Source: Arenicellales bacterium
Lineage (GTDB): Bacteria > Pseudomonadota > Gammaproteobacteria > Arenicellales > JAJDZL01
DNA: 64,000 nucleotides
Assembly: GCA_965203865.1 (NCBI GenBank)
Contig: OZ241916.1
Span: forward strand, 861,548-925,547
Direction: 5' to 3'
Both the position numbers and the translations under genes were made by a program. Below the pieces are notes generated by a model that was given only the letters and a program-made list of their open reading frames with translations, made no database searches and was not told the origin of the DNA. The stretch's first letter is position 1. Each line of letters starts with the position of its first letter. Shown here one piece after another: positions 20,671 to 30,287 of this stretch.

Positions 20671-22071
20671 ATGGCATTAAGAAAAAACTACGATACTCAT
20701 TATCTTTGGGAAAAGGATCGGGACCATACGATTCATCCATGGACTGATTTTTCGGTTTTTCATGAAAAAGGGTCATTGGTTGTCGCCGAAGGACAAGGAG
20801 TTCACGTTTTTGACAGCGATGGCAACAAGTATATAGATGGCATCGGCGGCCTGTGGTGCGTGAATATTGGCTACGGGTCGGACGAGATGGCAGATGCAAT
20901 TGCCGAGCAGGTTCGCGCCATACCCTACTATTCCGTGTTTAACCACATTACGACACCACCGGCAGCGGAGCTCGCTTCCAAACTTGCCAGCATTGCTCCC
21001 GGGTCAATCAATCGGGTTTTCTATGGCACTGGCGGGTCTATGGCAAATGATACTGCGGTTCGCATTATTCACCACTATTTCAATATGCTAGGCCAGCAGT
21101 CCAAGAAGAAGATCATTTCGCGCTTCGATGCATATCACGGAAGTACCTACTTGGCAATGGCACTTACAGGCGTGGAGTTCGACCATACAAACTTCGACCA
21201 TGCACAAGGACTTGTAGAATATGTATCCTCGCCGAATCCCTACCGGAAACCTGACGGGATGACCGATGAGCAGTTCTGCGACTTTCTGGTCCAGGAACTT
21301 GATGAGAGAATTGAAGAATTGGGTGCTGAGAACGTGGCAGCATTTATTGCTGAGCCTGTCATGGGGGCAGGGGGTGTGATTGTTCCGCCGAGTGGCTACC
21401 ACAAGAGAACCCGGGAAGTCTGTACAAAGCACGATGTTATATATATATCCGACGAGGTTGTTACAGGTTTCGGCAGGCTGGGCCACATGCTCGCTTCAAA
21501 AGACGTGTTTGACCTGGAGCCGGACATAATTACTTGCGCCAAAGGAATCACCTCGGGTTATCTTCCACTCTCAGCGACATTAATCTCTGATGAAATTTAC
21601 GATGTTATCAGCAGGCCAAGAGATGATGGCACGCTGTTTACTCACGGATTTACTTATTCAGGACATCCGGTGTGCTGTGCGGCGGCGCTAAAGAACATTG
21701 AAATCATTGAAAGAAACGGGATTTGCGAGCATGTTCAGGAAGTCGGCCCCTACTTCGAGGAACGCTTGGCCACACTGAGCGATCTTCCAATTGTAGGGGA
21801 GGTGCGTGGCAAGTGTTTTATGATGTGCATTGAAAATGTGGCGAATACAGAAACAAAAGAACTGTTTGACCAATCCGTTCAAATTGGATATCGAATTGCC
21901 GAAAATTGCCAGAAATTCGGACTGATTGTTCGACCTGTTGGACATTTGAACGTACTGTCGCCCCCGTTGACACTGACGCGTAGCCAAATTGACGAAGTCG
22001 TTGAGATTCTGCGCAAAGGCATTGAAGCCACTATGGACGATTTGGTTCGGGAAGGTATTTGGAATTCATAG
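20671..22071 (+). CDS. Class III PLP-dependent aminotransferase (amine:pyruvate type)
   Basis: YIDGIGGLWCVNIGYG; AYHG; AFIAEPVMGAGG; ISDEVVTGFGR; CAKGITSG. Confidence 0.88.
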   Translation: MALRKNYDTHYLWEKDRDHTIHPWTDFSVFHEKGSLVVAEGQGVHVFDSDGNKYIDGIGGLWCVNIGYGSDEMADAIAEQVRAIPYYSVFNHITTPPAAELASKLASIAPGSINRVFYGTGGSMANDTAVRIIHHYFNMLGQQSKKKIISRFDAYHGSTYLAMALTGVEFDHTNFDHAQGLVEYVSSPNPYRKPDGMTDEQFCDFLVQELDERIEELGAENVAAFIAEPVMGAGGVIVPPSGYHKRTREVCTKHDVIYISDEVVTGFGRLGHMLASKDVFDLEPDIITCAKGITSGYLPLSATLISDEIYDVISRPRDDGTLFTHGFTYSGHPVCCAAALKNIEIIERNGICEHVQEVGPYFEERLATLSDLPIVGEVRGKCFMMCIENVANTETKELFDQSVQIGYRIAENCQKFGLIVRPVGHLNVLSPPLTLTRSQIDEVVEILRKGIEATMDDLVREGIWNS

Positions 22072-22115
22072 AATTTGGCATTTTCCAGATTGGTTGAAAT
22101 CCGATTTTTCATGGC

Positions 22116-24197
22116 ATGGCCCGAGACTCGCGCTACGATGTCCTGTTTGAACCCGTTCAAATAGGACCTGTTACAGCGCCAAATCGTTTCTATCAGGTTC
22201 CACACTGTAGCGGAATGGGGCATGCGCGTCCGAATTCCGCAGCAACCATGCGAGCTGTCAAGGCGGAAGGTGGCTGGGGCGTTGTTTCAACCGAACAATG
22301 CGATATTCACCATACCTCGGACATAACCCCTTATGTAGAGCAAAGACTTTGGGACGATTCCGACGTGCCGATGCATGCGAAGATGGTAGATGCGGTGCAT
22401 AAGCATGGTGCACTGGCAGCAGTTGAACTGTCCTATGGTGGCATAGAATCTCCTAATCTCTTGACCCGGGCGGTGACGGTGGCTCCGTCTGCCGGCCCCT
22501 ACCCCGGCTACTACCCGATTTATGCTCGAGAAATAACGAAAGAAGACATTCGGGATATTCTCGCTATATACAGAAAAGGCGCAGCAAGGGCTATGCAGGC
22601 AGGTTTCGACATCATTTATGTTTATTCCGCGCATGCGTTATCTCTCCCCACCCAGTTTTTGTCAAAAAAATTCAACCGGCGTACGGATGAATACGGGGGT
22701 TCTCTGGAGAATCGTACCCGGTTTCTGAAAGAAATTCTTGAAGTGACGAAAGATGAAGTTGGAAATCGCTGTGCAGTTGCTTTGAGATTTTCAATTGACG
22801 AGCTGTGCGGGCAGGATGGAATGGAGCACGACAAGGAGGGAATCGAAGTGGTCAAGTTGCTTGCAGAGTTGCCAGACCTGTGGGATGTGAACATAAGTGA
22901 CTGGGACAACGATTCTGCAACATCCCGGTTTCAATCTGAGGGTTTTCAGGAGAAATATATCAGTCAAGTAAAGAACGCAACTTCCAAGCCTGTCGTTGGT
23001 GTCGGGCGATTTACGTCGCCGGATACCATGGTATCGCAGATCAATAGAGGGGTCCTGGATTTTATCGGTGCTGCGCGTCCGTCAATTGCCGACCCTTTTC
23101 TACCCAAAAAAATAGAAGAAGGAAGAATTGATGATATTCGAGAGTGTATTGGTTGCAATATTTGCGTCACCGGCGACTACACTGTTTCTTCGTCTCGGTG
23201 CACCCAGAATCCGACCTTCGGTGAGGAGTGGCGCAGAGGGTGGCATCCAGAGTATATTGAATCTGCCACAAGCAAGGATAATGTGCTCATAGTCGGTGCC
23301 GGGCCGGCTGGCTTGGAATGCGCCGCCTGGCTTGGAAAAAGAGGTTTTCAGGTAACACTTGTTGATGCCGAAAAGACACTTGGTGGGCGAGTCAACCACG
23401 AGAGTGTCCTGCCTGGCTTGTCATCATGGATTCGCGTTCGAGATCATCGAATGCAGCAAATTTCCAACTTGACCAATGTTGAAGTTTTTCCAGCGAGCAA
23501 AATGAGTGTTCAGGACATATACGATTTTGGAGCGAAGCGTGTAGTGGTCGCAACGGGTGCCAGATGGCGAAAAGACGGATTGGGGAGAAACCACTACTCT
23601 ACAGTTGAAATTCCAGATTCGTTGAAAGTATGGACACCAGATGATTTTTGGGGGCAATCCGACCTGAAGGGCAGAGTTTTGATTTACGACGACGACCACT
23701 TTTACATGGGCGGGTTGATTGCAGAGTTGATTTGCGCCGGTGGTGCTGAAACTGCTCTTGTAACTCCCGCACCAGACGTGTCCCACTGGACGCACTATAC
23801 TCTGGAGCAACATCAAATTCAATCGAAGCTTCTGGAAATGGGAGTTTCCATTTATCCCCATTTGCATTTTCATTCAGTTGCTGATGGCCTGGCGGAATTC
23901 CAAGATGAATATACAAGCGGGGTTACTGAAATTCCGTTTGATCATATTGTTCTGGTAACTTCAAAGATTTCGGAAGACAAGTTGTACAGGCAAATAGTCT
24001 CGGACTCCGAAAAGTTGCTTGATTCAGACTTGAAAGCAGTTGATAAAATTGGGGATTGCCTGGTTCCGGGTACAATTGCAGCAGCAGTATACTCCGGGCA
24101 TAAATGGGCGAGAAATCTAGGCGAATCCGAACTTGCCGACGGTACACCTTTTTTACGGGAACTTGTTGCGGTTTCTAGTCCGGAATTTCCTGCTTGA
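22116..24197 (+). CDS. Histamine/trimethylamine dehydrogenase family flavoprotein (FMN, 4Fe-4S)
   Basis: NRFYQVPHC with the 6-S-cysteinyl-FMN Cys; cluster motif RECIGCNIC...RCTQNP; GAGPAGLE dinucleotide fold. Confidence 0.85.
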   Translation: MARDSRYDVLFEPVQIGPVTAPNRFYQVPHCSGMGHARPNSAATMRAVKAEGGWGVVSTEQCDIHHTSDITPYVEQRLWDDSDVPMHAKMVDAVHKHGALAAVELSYGGIESPNLLTRAVTVAPSAGPYPGYYPIYAREITKEDIRDILAIYRKGAARAMQAGFDIIYVYSAHALSLPTQFLSKKFNRRTDEYGGSLENRTRFLKEILEVTKDEVGNRCAVALRFSIDELCGQDGMEHDKEGIEVVKLLAELPDLWDVNISDWDNDSATSRFQSEGFQEKYISQVKNATSKPVVGVGRFTSPDTMVSQINRGVLDFIGAARPSIADPFLPKKIEEGRIDDIRECIGCNICVTGDYTVSSSRCTQNPTFGEEWRRGWHPEYIESATSKDNVLIVGAGPAGLECAAWLGKRGFQVTLVDAEKTLGGRVNHESVLPGLSSWIRVRDHRMQQISNLTNVEVFPASKMSVQDIYDFGAKRVVVATGARWRKDGLGRNHYSTVEIPDSLKVWTPDDFWGQSDLKGRVLIYDDDHFYMGGLIAELICAGGAETALVTPAPDVSHWTHYTLEQHQIQSKLLEMGVSIYPHLHFHSVADGLAEFQDEYTSGVTEIPFDHIVLVTSKISEDKLYRQIVSDSEKLLDSDLKAVDKIGDCLVPGTIAAAVYSGHKWARNLGESELADGTPFLRELVAVSSPEFPA

Positions 24198-24894
24198 CCG
24201 CTTCTGCCATTTCTGCCATTGATTCAAAACGGAATTGATAGGTAATTTTTTCTGCAACTTCAGGCGTAGCGCCTGAACCAGACTGCTTTCCACGCCTGTC
24301 TATCCAGCATCTTGCAAGACCTGCCTTAGTGGCAGGAACCATATCATGATGAAGACTTTGGGCGGTATGCAGAATTTCGCTGTTGGCAATTCCTTCATGT
24401 TCAAGCTGCTTCAACATGTAGTGGAAATTTTTCAACGAGGGTTTATATGACCCAATATCTTCGGCGGTGTATACAGCATCAAATTCTACTTTCAATTTTT
24501 CATTGCTCTTCGCAAACGAGCGGTTGTCAACATTGGAAAGAATGACAAGTTTGAAGTGATTCTTCAGAAATTCAAGTGCCGTTGCCGAGTCAAGGAACGC
24601 CGGCCAGCTGCCGACTGCATTCAAACTGAGTTCACGGGCATTGTCCGGAAGAGACTCTTCGAACTGTTTTGCGATTTCAAGAAGGGCATCTGCCACAAGT
24701 TCCGAATACTTCATATTTGGATTTGCTGTTTGCAAGCGGGATTCCGTATTTGAATACAACTGCAGCAATTCATTCCTGGGAGGGAGTCGAGATTTTGAAA
24801 TTAGCGAAGAAAGCGAGTTGGCAATGCCGGTTTCCCAATCAATCAGGGTGCCGTAACAGTCGAATGTCAAAGTTGAAAACTGGGTGATTTTCAT
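24175..24894 (-). CDS. Second HAD-superfamily hydrolase, haloacid dehalogenase type II-like
   Basis: TFDCYGTLIDWE; ILSNVD; GSYKP; HTAQSLHHD. Confidence 0.82.
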   Translation of the reverse strand: MKITQFSTLTFDCYGTLIDWETGIANSLSSLISKSRLPPRNELLQLYSNTESRLQTANPNMKYSELVADALLEIAKQFEESLPDNARELSLNAVGSWPAFLDSATALEFLKNHFKLVILSNVDNRSFAKSNEKLKVEFDAVYTAEDIGSYKPSLKNFHYMLKQLEHEGIANSEILHTAQSLHHDMVPATKAGLARCWIDRRGKQSGSGATPEVAEKITYQFRFESMAEMAEAVKQEIPD

Positions 24895-25107
24895 ATTAGT
24901 TTGCTACTATATTTCATGTTTGATGTTATACAATGGAATCAGGTGTTGTTTTTCACCACGGCGATTTGAGTCGGTAAAATGCCTGAATTGATTTGCCGAA
25001 AAGCTTCCGCGGTGCAAGCATGTAGTAAATAGTAGCAGTTTTGTAGTAGTATTTTTAGCAAAGTTGGCGACCTACGACAAGAGCGAGAACATATTGGTAT
25101 TAGTCCC

Positions 25108-25989
25108 ATGTTAAGTATAAGACATCCTGATGAATCCAGAAACGTCGAAGTAGACGGATACAACATCGTTACCTATAGCTACGGCTCAGGCGATGAAATT
25201 CTGTTTCTTCTAAACGGCGGACCTGGTCTTCCATGCGATTATCTTCGCGATCCGCATATTCATTTGGCCGATGAAGGCTACCGGGTTGTTGCTTTTGACC
25301 AACTAGGATGCGGCAAGTCCGACCGTCCAGAAGACCCGTCTCTGTGGAATATCACACGATATGTTGAGGAAGTCGAAACAGTACGAAAATCCTTGGGGCT
25401 TGAAAACGTACATTTGCTCGGACAGTCATGGGGTGGTTGGCTAAGTATTGAATACGCACTTACCTATCCGGATTCAATTCGCACCCTCATTCTTGCTAAT
25501 ACATGCGGAGATTTGCCGCACTTGACTGTTGAGTTGAATCGGATGCGAAATGCTCTTGGCAGTGAAACAGAAGCAATGATGCTGCATCACGAAGCGATGG
25601 GAACAATTGATCATCCTGAATATCAAGCTGCAGTAACCATTCTGAACTACCGGCATGTTTGCCGATTAAAGGAATGGCCTGCTTCCCTGCTAGCTTCTGT
25701 AAATGACTGGAATATGGGGCCTTACGGAACCATGCAGGGACCAAATGAGTTTCTGTACATTGGAAACCTGAAAGACTGGAACCGCATTCCAGATATGCAC
25801 CAATTAACCATGCCCGCTCTAATTGTTACCGGAACGCATGATGAAATTGGTCCGGCATGCGCACTGAAAATGCACAACGTACTGCCAAACTCGAAGGTAG
25901 TGGTGCATCACAACAGTTCGCATGTACCGTTTTATGAGGAACCCGAAGAATATTTTGCCTCTCTGAAAATGTTTCTTGAAGCCCACTAG
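25108..25989 (+). CDS. Proline iminopeptidase / L-amino acid amidase family alpha/beta hydrolase
   Basis: NGGPG; FDQLGCGKSD; nucleophile elbow GQSWGG; SSHVPF. Confidence 0.82.
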   Translation: MLSIRHPDESRNVEVDGYNIVTYSYGSGDEILFLLNGGPGLPCDYLRDPHIHLADEGYRVVAFDQLGCGKSDRPEDPSLWNITRYVEEVETVRKSLGLENVHLLGQSWGGWLSIEYALTYPDSIRTLILANTCGDLPHLTVELNRMRNALGSETEAMMLHHEAMGTIDHPEYQAAVTILNYRHVCRLKEWPASLLASVNDWNMGPYGTMQGPNEFLYIGNLKDWNRIPDMHQLTMPALIVTGTHDEIGPACALKMHNVLPNSKVVVHHNSSHVPFYEEPEEYFASLKMFLEAH

Positions 25990-26016
25990 TCAAGACAGGT
26001 CGACCGAAATATAGAT

Positions 26017-27003
26017 TCAAGATGTCGCTAATAGTACGACTGTGGTTTGAACGATGTCTTGAACTGTCGCCCCTCTGGACAAGTCTGCGATTGGATGGGC
26101 AAATCCTTGCAACACGGGACCGATAGCATGTGCCCCTGCCAAGTATTGGGTAATCTTGTAGGCAATGTTGCCTGAATTCAAGTCTGGAAATATCAAAACA
26201 TTTGCCTGGCCTGCAACAGGTCCGGTTTCCCCCAACTTCAATGCCGCGCTTCTTGGGTCCAGCGCAGCATCCAATTGAAGCTCACCGTCAATTAAAATTT
26301 TCGAATCCTTCTCTCGGACATGAACGAGTGCCTGATTGATTCGTTCAATGAGACCATGCCTGGCACTTCCCTTGGTAGAAAACGAAAGCAAGGCAACTTT
26401 GGGTTCTTCTGGCAGAAGCCCCTTGGCATTATTTGCCGCACTGATTGCAATGTCTGCCAACTGCTCGGGTGTCGGGTCGACATTAACAGCGCAATCGGCA
26501 AATATTAGCTGTCTTGCGGGTCGATTATTGTGTGCAGGTACAACCATAAGGAAGTAGCTTGACGGTGTTTTGATGCCGCGCTCCGGGCCAATCATCATCA
26601 AGCCGGCTTCAATGACTTTGGCAGTGGGAACCGAGGCACCCGCAATCATCGCGTGAGCCTCTCCGAGCCGCACCATCAAGGCCCCGATCATCAGTGGCTT
26701 GCGTAGCAAGCGGCTAGCGATTCCGGGTTTGAGCGGGCGCGGACCGGATGCACAGGCTTGTACATACCGGTCCGGTTCAATTTCTGACGCGGGGTCAACA
26801 ATTTGAATGCCATCCAATGACAAGTCATTTTCTGCTGCAATCAAGGATATTGCAGATCGGTCGCCGGTTAAAATCGGCAGTGCGACCTGATCATCAGCCA
26901 ATATCCGTGCAGCGCGTATAACTCGCTCGTCCGCAGCATCGGCAAGGACGACTTTTCGAGGCTTGGACCTCGCAGTATCTGTCAACCTGTTCAGAAATTC
27001 CAA
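26017..27003 (-). CDS. pta: Phosphate acetyltransferase
   Basis: FADCAVNVDP; LLSFSTKGS; DGELQLDAAL; FPDLNSGNIAYK; DLSRG; directly downstream of xsc. Confidence 0.88.
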   Translation of the reverse strand: MEFLNRLTDTARSKPRKVVLADAADERVIRAARILADDQVALPILTGDRSAISLIAAENDLSLDGIQIVDPASEIEPDRYVQACASGPRPLKPGIASRLLRKPLMIGALMVRLGEAHAMIAGASVPTAKVIEAGLMMIGPERGIKTPSSYFLMVVPAHNNRPARQLIFADCAVNVDPTPEQLADIAISAANNAKGLLPEEPKVALLSFSTKGSARHGLIERINQALVHVREKDSKILIDGELQLDAALDPRSAALKLGETGPVAGQANVLIFPDLNSGNIAYKITQYLAGAHAIGPVLQGFAHPIADLSRGATVQDIVQTTVVLLATS

Positions 27004-27006
27004 ACG

Positions 27007-28758
27007 CTATACGTACTGCTTGTATTTCTCAAGATGTCGTACGGGTGCACTCAAAGCGTCTCGCCGAAACGGGTCGCCAAGCTCTCTTGTGCACATAATT
27101 TCAACAACGGTGGTTTTACCGTCGTTCTGGGCTGCACACGCCTGATGCAACGCATCGCCAACCATGTCAAGCTTGTCTACCACAATACCTTCGGCACCCA
27201 TGGATTTTGCAATGTTCGCCCAGCTTGGATTTTCCAGGTTGACTCCCTCGAAACGGCGGCCATAGAAGTCCACCTGATTCTTCTTTTCCGCGCCCCATTG
27301 ACGATTGTTGAATACAACCGGCGTAACCGGAATGTTTTCTCTTACACAGGTAAGCAACTCACCCATGCTCATTGCCCATGCACCGTCGCCAACGTATGCA
27401 ATGGCAGTCCTGTCGGGTCGGGCAACTTTCACTCCCATAATCGTCGGAAATGCGTATCCGCAATTGCCAAAACTCATTGCGGCGAAAAAACTGCGGGATT
27501 TCTCAAATCGCAAGTAACTATTGGATACCGAGCAAATATTGCCAATATCGGTTGAAATTGCAGCGTTTGCTGGTGTTGCTTTCTCCAGCTCGCGCAAGAC
27601 TTGGCGAGGATGAAGCAAATCTTTATCCTCTTCAACAACGGATTGGCTCCATTCATCGGACTCTTGTGTCCAGCTATTAAGTTCCGACTCCCAATTCTGC
27701 TTTTCTACTGCAATTTCCTTGACACGCGAGTCCTTGTTTTGAAGACATGCAATTTTTTCGCGATTTTTTAGCCGTTCAAGTATGGCATTTGCTGCCTCGC
27801 CGGAGTCTCCGCAAATGCCTACAGAAATTGGTTTGACAAGTCCCAGCATTCGATGGTCGATATCCACCTGAATAATTTTTGCATCCACGGGCCAGTAGTC
27901 AATTCCGTGCTGAGGCAGAGTCCCGAACGGGCCCAGTCGCGTTCCCAAGGCAAGAACCACATCCGCCTTGGACATCAATCGCATTCCTGCCTTGGAACCC
28001 TGATATCCCAGAGGGCCCGCCCACAGTGGGTGACTGGCAGGAAACGAATCGTTATGCAGATAGCTATTCACCACCGGGGCAGAAAGATACTCTGCAAGCT
28101 CAATACAGTTGTCGACTGCATTTGCCATTATTACACCGCCTCCTGAAACAATCACCGGAAATTCGGCTTCCGCCAAGATTCTGGCTGCATCATCAAGAGC
28201 ATTGCCACCGCCCGGACCTCTTTCAATCGGTTGGGGCTTCGGTATGTTTATGTTAATATCGCCGTAGAAATAATCTCTCGGGATGTTCAATTGCGTGGGT
28301 CCGTTTTCCGCCATAGCCATGTCAAAACAGCGACCTGTGATTTCGGCCATTCTGCCAGGTCCGTTAACATGCCCCTGAAATTTTGTAATCTTTGAAAAAA
28401 TTGGCAATTGCTCGGTTTCCTGAAAGCCGCCAAGACCGATTGTGCCGCTGCCTGTTTCCGGGGTAATCGCCACCACTGGTGAGTGCGCCCAGTATGCCGC
28501 TGCAACAGCAGTTACAAAATTTGTTATTCCTGGCCCGTTCTGGCCAATGCAGACTCCGTGTTTTCCGCTAACTCTTGCGTAACCGTCTGCCATATGGGCA
28601 GAGCCCTGTTCATGTACTGTGGGTATAAAGCGAATGCCGGCTGCCGGAAATATGTCCAGTGCGTCCATATAGGCGGAGCCGACAATTCCAAAAACGTCGG
28701 TTACACCGAAAGAAACCAGTGTTTCAACAAACGCTTCGCTTGGTGTCATGCGTGGCAT
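27007..28758 (-). CDS. xsc: Sulfoacetaldehyde acetyltransferase
   Basis: MTPSEAFVETL; GSAYMDALD; HEQGSAHMADGYARVSG; QNGPGITN; ThDP motif GDGAWAMS..NRQWGAEKKNQ; ELGDPFRRDAL. Confidence 0.92.
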   Translation of the reverse strand: MPRMTPSEAFVETLVSFGVTDVFGIVGSAYMDALDIFPAAGIRFIPTVHEQGSAHMADGYARVSGKHGVCIGQNGPGITNFVTAVAAAYWAHSPVVAITPETGSGTIGLGGFQETEQLPIFSKITKFQGHVNGPGRMAEITGRCFDMAMAENGPTQLNIPRDYFYGDININIPKPQPIERGPGGGNALDDAARILAEAEFPVIVSGGGVIMANAVDNCIELAEYLSAPVVNSYLHNDSFPASHPLWAGPLGYQGSKAGMRLMSKADVVLALGTRLGPFGTLPQHGIDYWPVDAKIIQVDIDHRMLGLVKPISVGICGDSGEAANAILERLKNREKIACLQNKDSRVKEIAVEKQNWESELNSWTQESDEWSQSVVEEDKDLLHPRQVLRELEKATPANAAISTDIGNICSVSNSYLRFEKSRSFFAAMSFGNCGYAFPTIMGVKVARPDRTAIAYVGDGAWAMSMGELLTCVRENIPVTPVVFNNRQWGAEKKNQVDFYGRRFEGVNLENPSWANIAKSMGAEGIVVDKLDMVGDALHQACAAQNDGKTTVVEIMCTRELGDPFRRDALSAPVRHLEKYKQYV

Positions 28759-28810
28759 TAGTAGTAATCTCCTAAGTAAACTGTGGATTTAAGTATGTCA
28801 AATTTGCTCG

Positions 28811-29932
28811 CTATACAGATTGTAGTGCATCCATCGGCGGGTAGTAATCGTAGTTCAAATTGTTGGCAACTTCTTCGTAGGTAATACGCCCTTTGCATAC
28901 ATTCAGTCCGTTCAGCAAGTGAATGTTCTGTTCAAGTGCGTCTTTGTAGCCTTTGTTTGCCAGTTCAACCGCAAATGGCAGCACAACATTGTTCAGTGCA
29001 TAGGTTGAAGTACGCGGCACGGCGCCAGGCATATTGGTAACACAATAGTGAACGACTCCGTTTACGGTATAGGTAGGTTCGGAGTGAGTAGTTGGTTTGG
29101 ATGTTTCGAAGCACCCGCCTTGGTCAATGGCCACATCAACGATAGCTGACCCGGGACGCATCCCTTCAATCATGCTCTTGGTAACCAGCTTTGGTGCTTG
29201 CGCACCCGGGATCAGGACTGAGCCAACCACCAGATCTGCGTCCAAAACATGGTTCTCCAAAGAAGAGCGGGTAGAAAATACCGTGTTGGTTGTACGTCCG
29301 AATTGCGTCCAGTGGTACTCCAGAACATTCACGTTGTTGTCGACAACCCAAACGTCTGCTCCCATTCCGACCGCAATATGAGTTGCATGGGTTCCAACAA
29401 CCCCTCCGCCGAGGATTACAACTTTCGCCGGGTCCACGCCTGGAACGCCTCCGAGAAGTATGCCTTTGCCGCCGTGCGTACGCTCCAGGCACCAGGCACC
29501 GACCTGAATTGCCATTCTTCCGGCCACTTTGGACATGGGAGCAAGCAAAGGCAACCCGCCCTTGCCATCGTCAACAGTTTCATATGCAATGCAAATTGCT
29601 CCGCTGTCAACCAGATCTTTGGTCTGGTCCGGGTCCGGCGCAAGATGCAAAAAAGTAAACAGTATCTGGTTTTCCCGCAGCAACTTTCGTTCCGATGCCA
29701 GAGGTTCTTTTACCTTTACGACCATATCGGCAAATTCAAATATGTCTTCCGGTGTGTCAAGAACTTTGGCTCCAGAATTTCTATAGTCATCGTCCGAAGC
29801 TTGAATTCCGATTCCGGCATTTGTTTCAACAGCCACTTCGTGGCCGTAATGAACGAGCTCCCGTACGCTACCGGGAATCAGCCCAACTCTGAACTCGTCC
29901 TGTTTCGTCTCTTTTGGAACACCAATTCGCAT
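28811..29932 (-). CDS. ald: Alanine dehydrogenase
   Basis: MRIGVPKE; VKVKEP; FLHLA; APMSKVAGRM; DVAIDQGGC; HYCVTNMPG. Confidence 0.93.
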   Translation of the reverse strand: MRIGVPKETKQDEFRVGLIPGSVRELVHYGHEVAVETNAGIGIQASDDDYRNSGAKVLDTPEDIFEFADMVVKVKEPLASERKLLRENQILFTFLHLAPDPDQTKDLVDSGAICIAYETVDDGKGGLPLLAPMSKVAGRMAIQVGAWCLERTHGGKGILLGGVPGVDPAKVVILGGGVVGTHATHIAVGMGADVWVVDNNVNVLEYHWTQFGRTTNTVFSTRSSLENHVLDADLVVGSVLIPGAQAPKLVTKSMIEGMRPGSAIVDVAIDQGGCFETSKPTTHSEPTYTVNGVVHYCVTNMPGAVPRTSTYALNNVVLPFAVELANKGYKDALEQNIHLLNGLNVCKGRITYEEVANNLNYDYYPPMDALQSV

Positions 29933-30222
29933 AATTTTCTCGTGATTGATTGAATAAAAATGCAGTGCTTGTATTTGCCATGTATGATAACGAAATAATG
30001 TTAAAAATAAAGCAGATTTTCATAGTGAATACAAAAAATTCACTCAAAAACATGTAGATCGTATTGAAAGAAGCGATGTTGATTGAATAAAGAGGCTTGC
30101 AGCGGTAGTTTGACTCGTACAATTCTCTATAGAAGAAGCAAAATATTTTTTATAAAAAACAAAATTTTTCTTGCTACTCGGTCGTCAAGCAAACATAATA
30201 GGGACTTAATGAGAGGACAATT

Positions 30223-30248
30223 TTTTACTCAGTGAATACTCAGTAAAA
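30223..30248. promoter_or_regulatory. Near-perfect inverted repeat upstream of the omega-aminotransferase gene, possible operator
   Basis: TTTTACTCAGT-GAAT-ACTCAGTAAAA (1 mismatch), about 40 bp before the ATG at 30288. Confidence 0.45.
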
Positions 30249-30287
30249 ACAAGTTGTTATTTTGTTGTTATTGGAGGAAGAAATTTA

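Noticed and set aside
29249-29953. 234-aa plus-strand ORF
   Set aside because: Fully antisense to alanine dehydrogenase, with no recognisable motifs.
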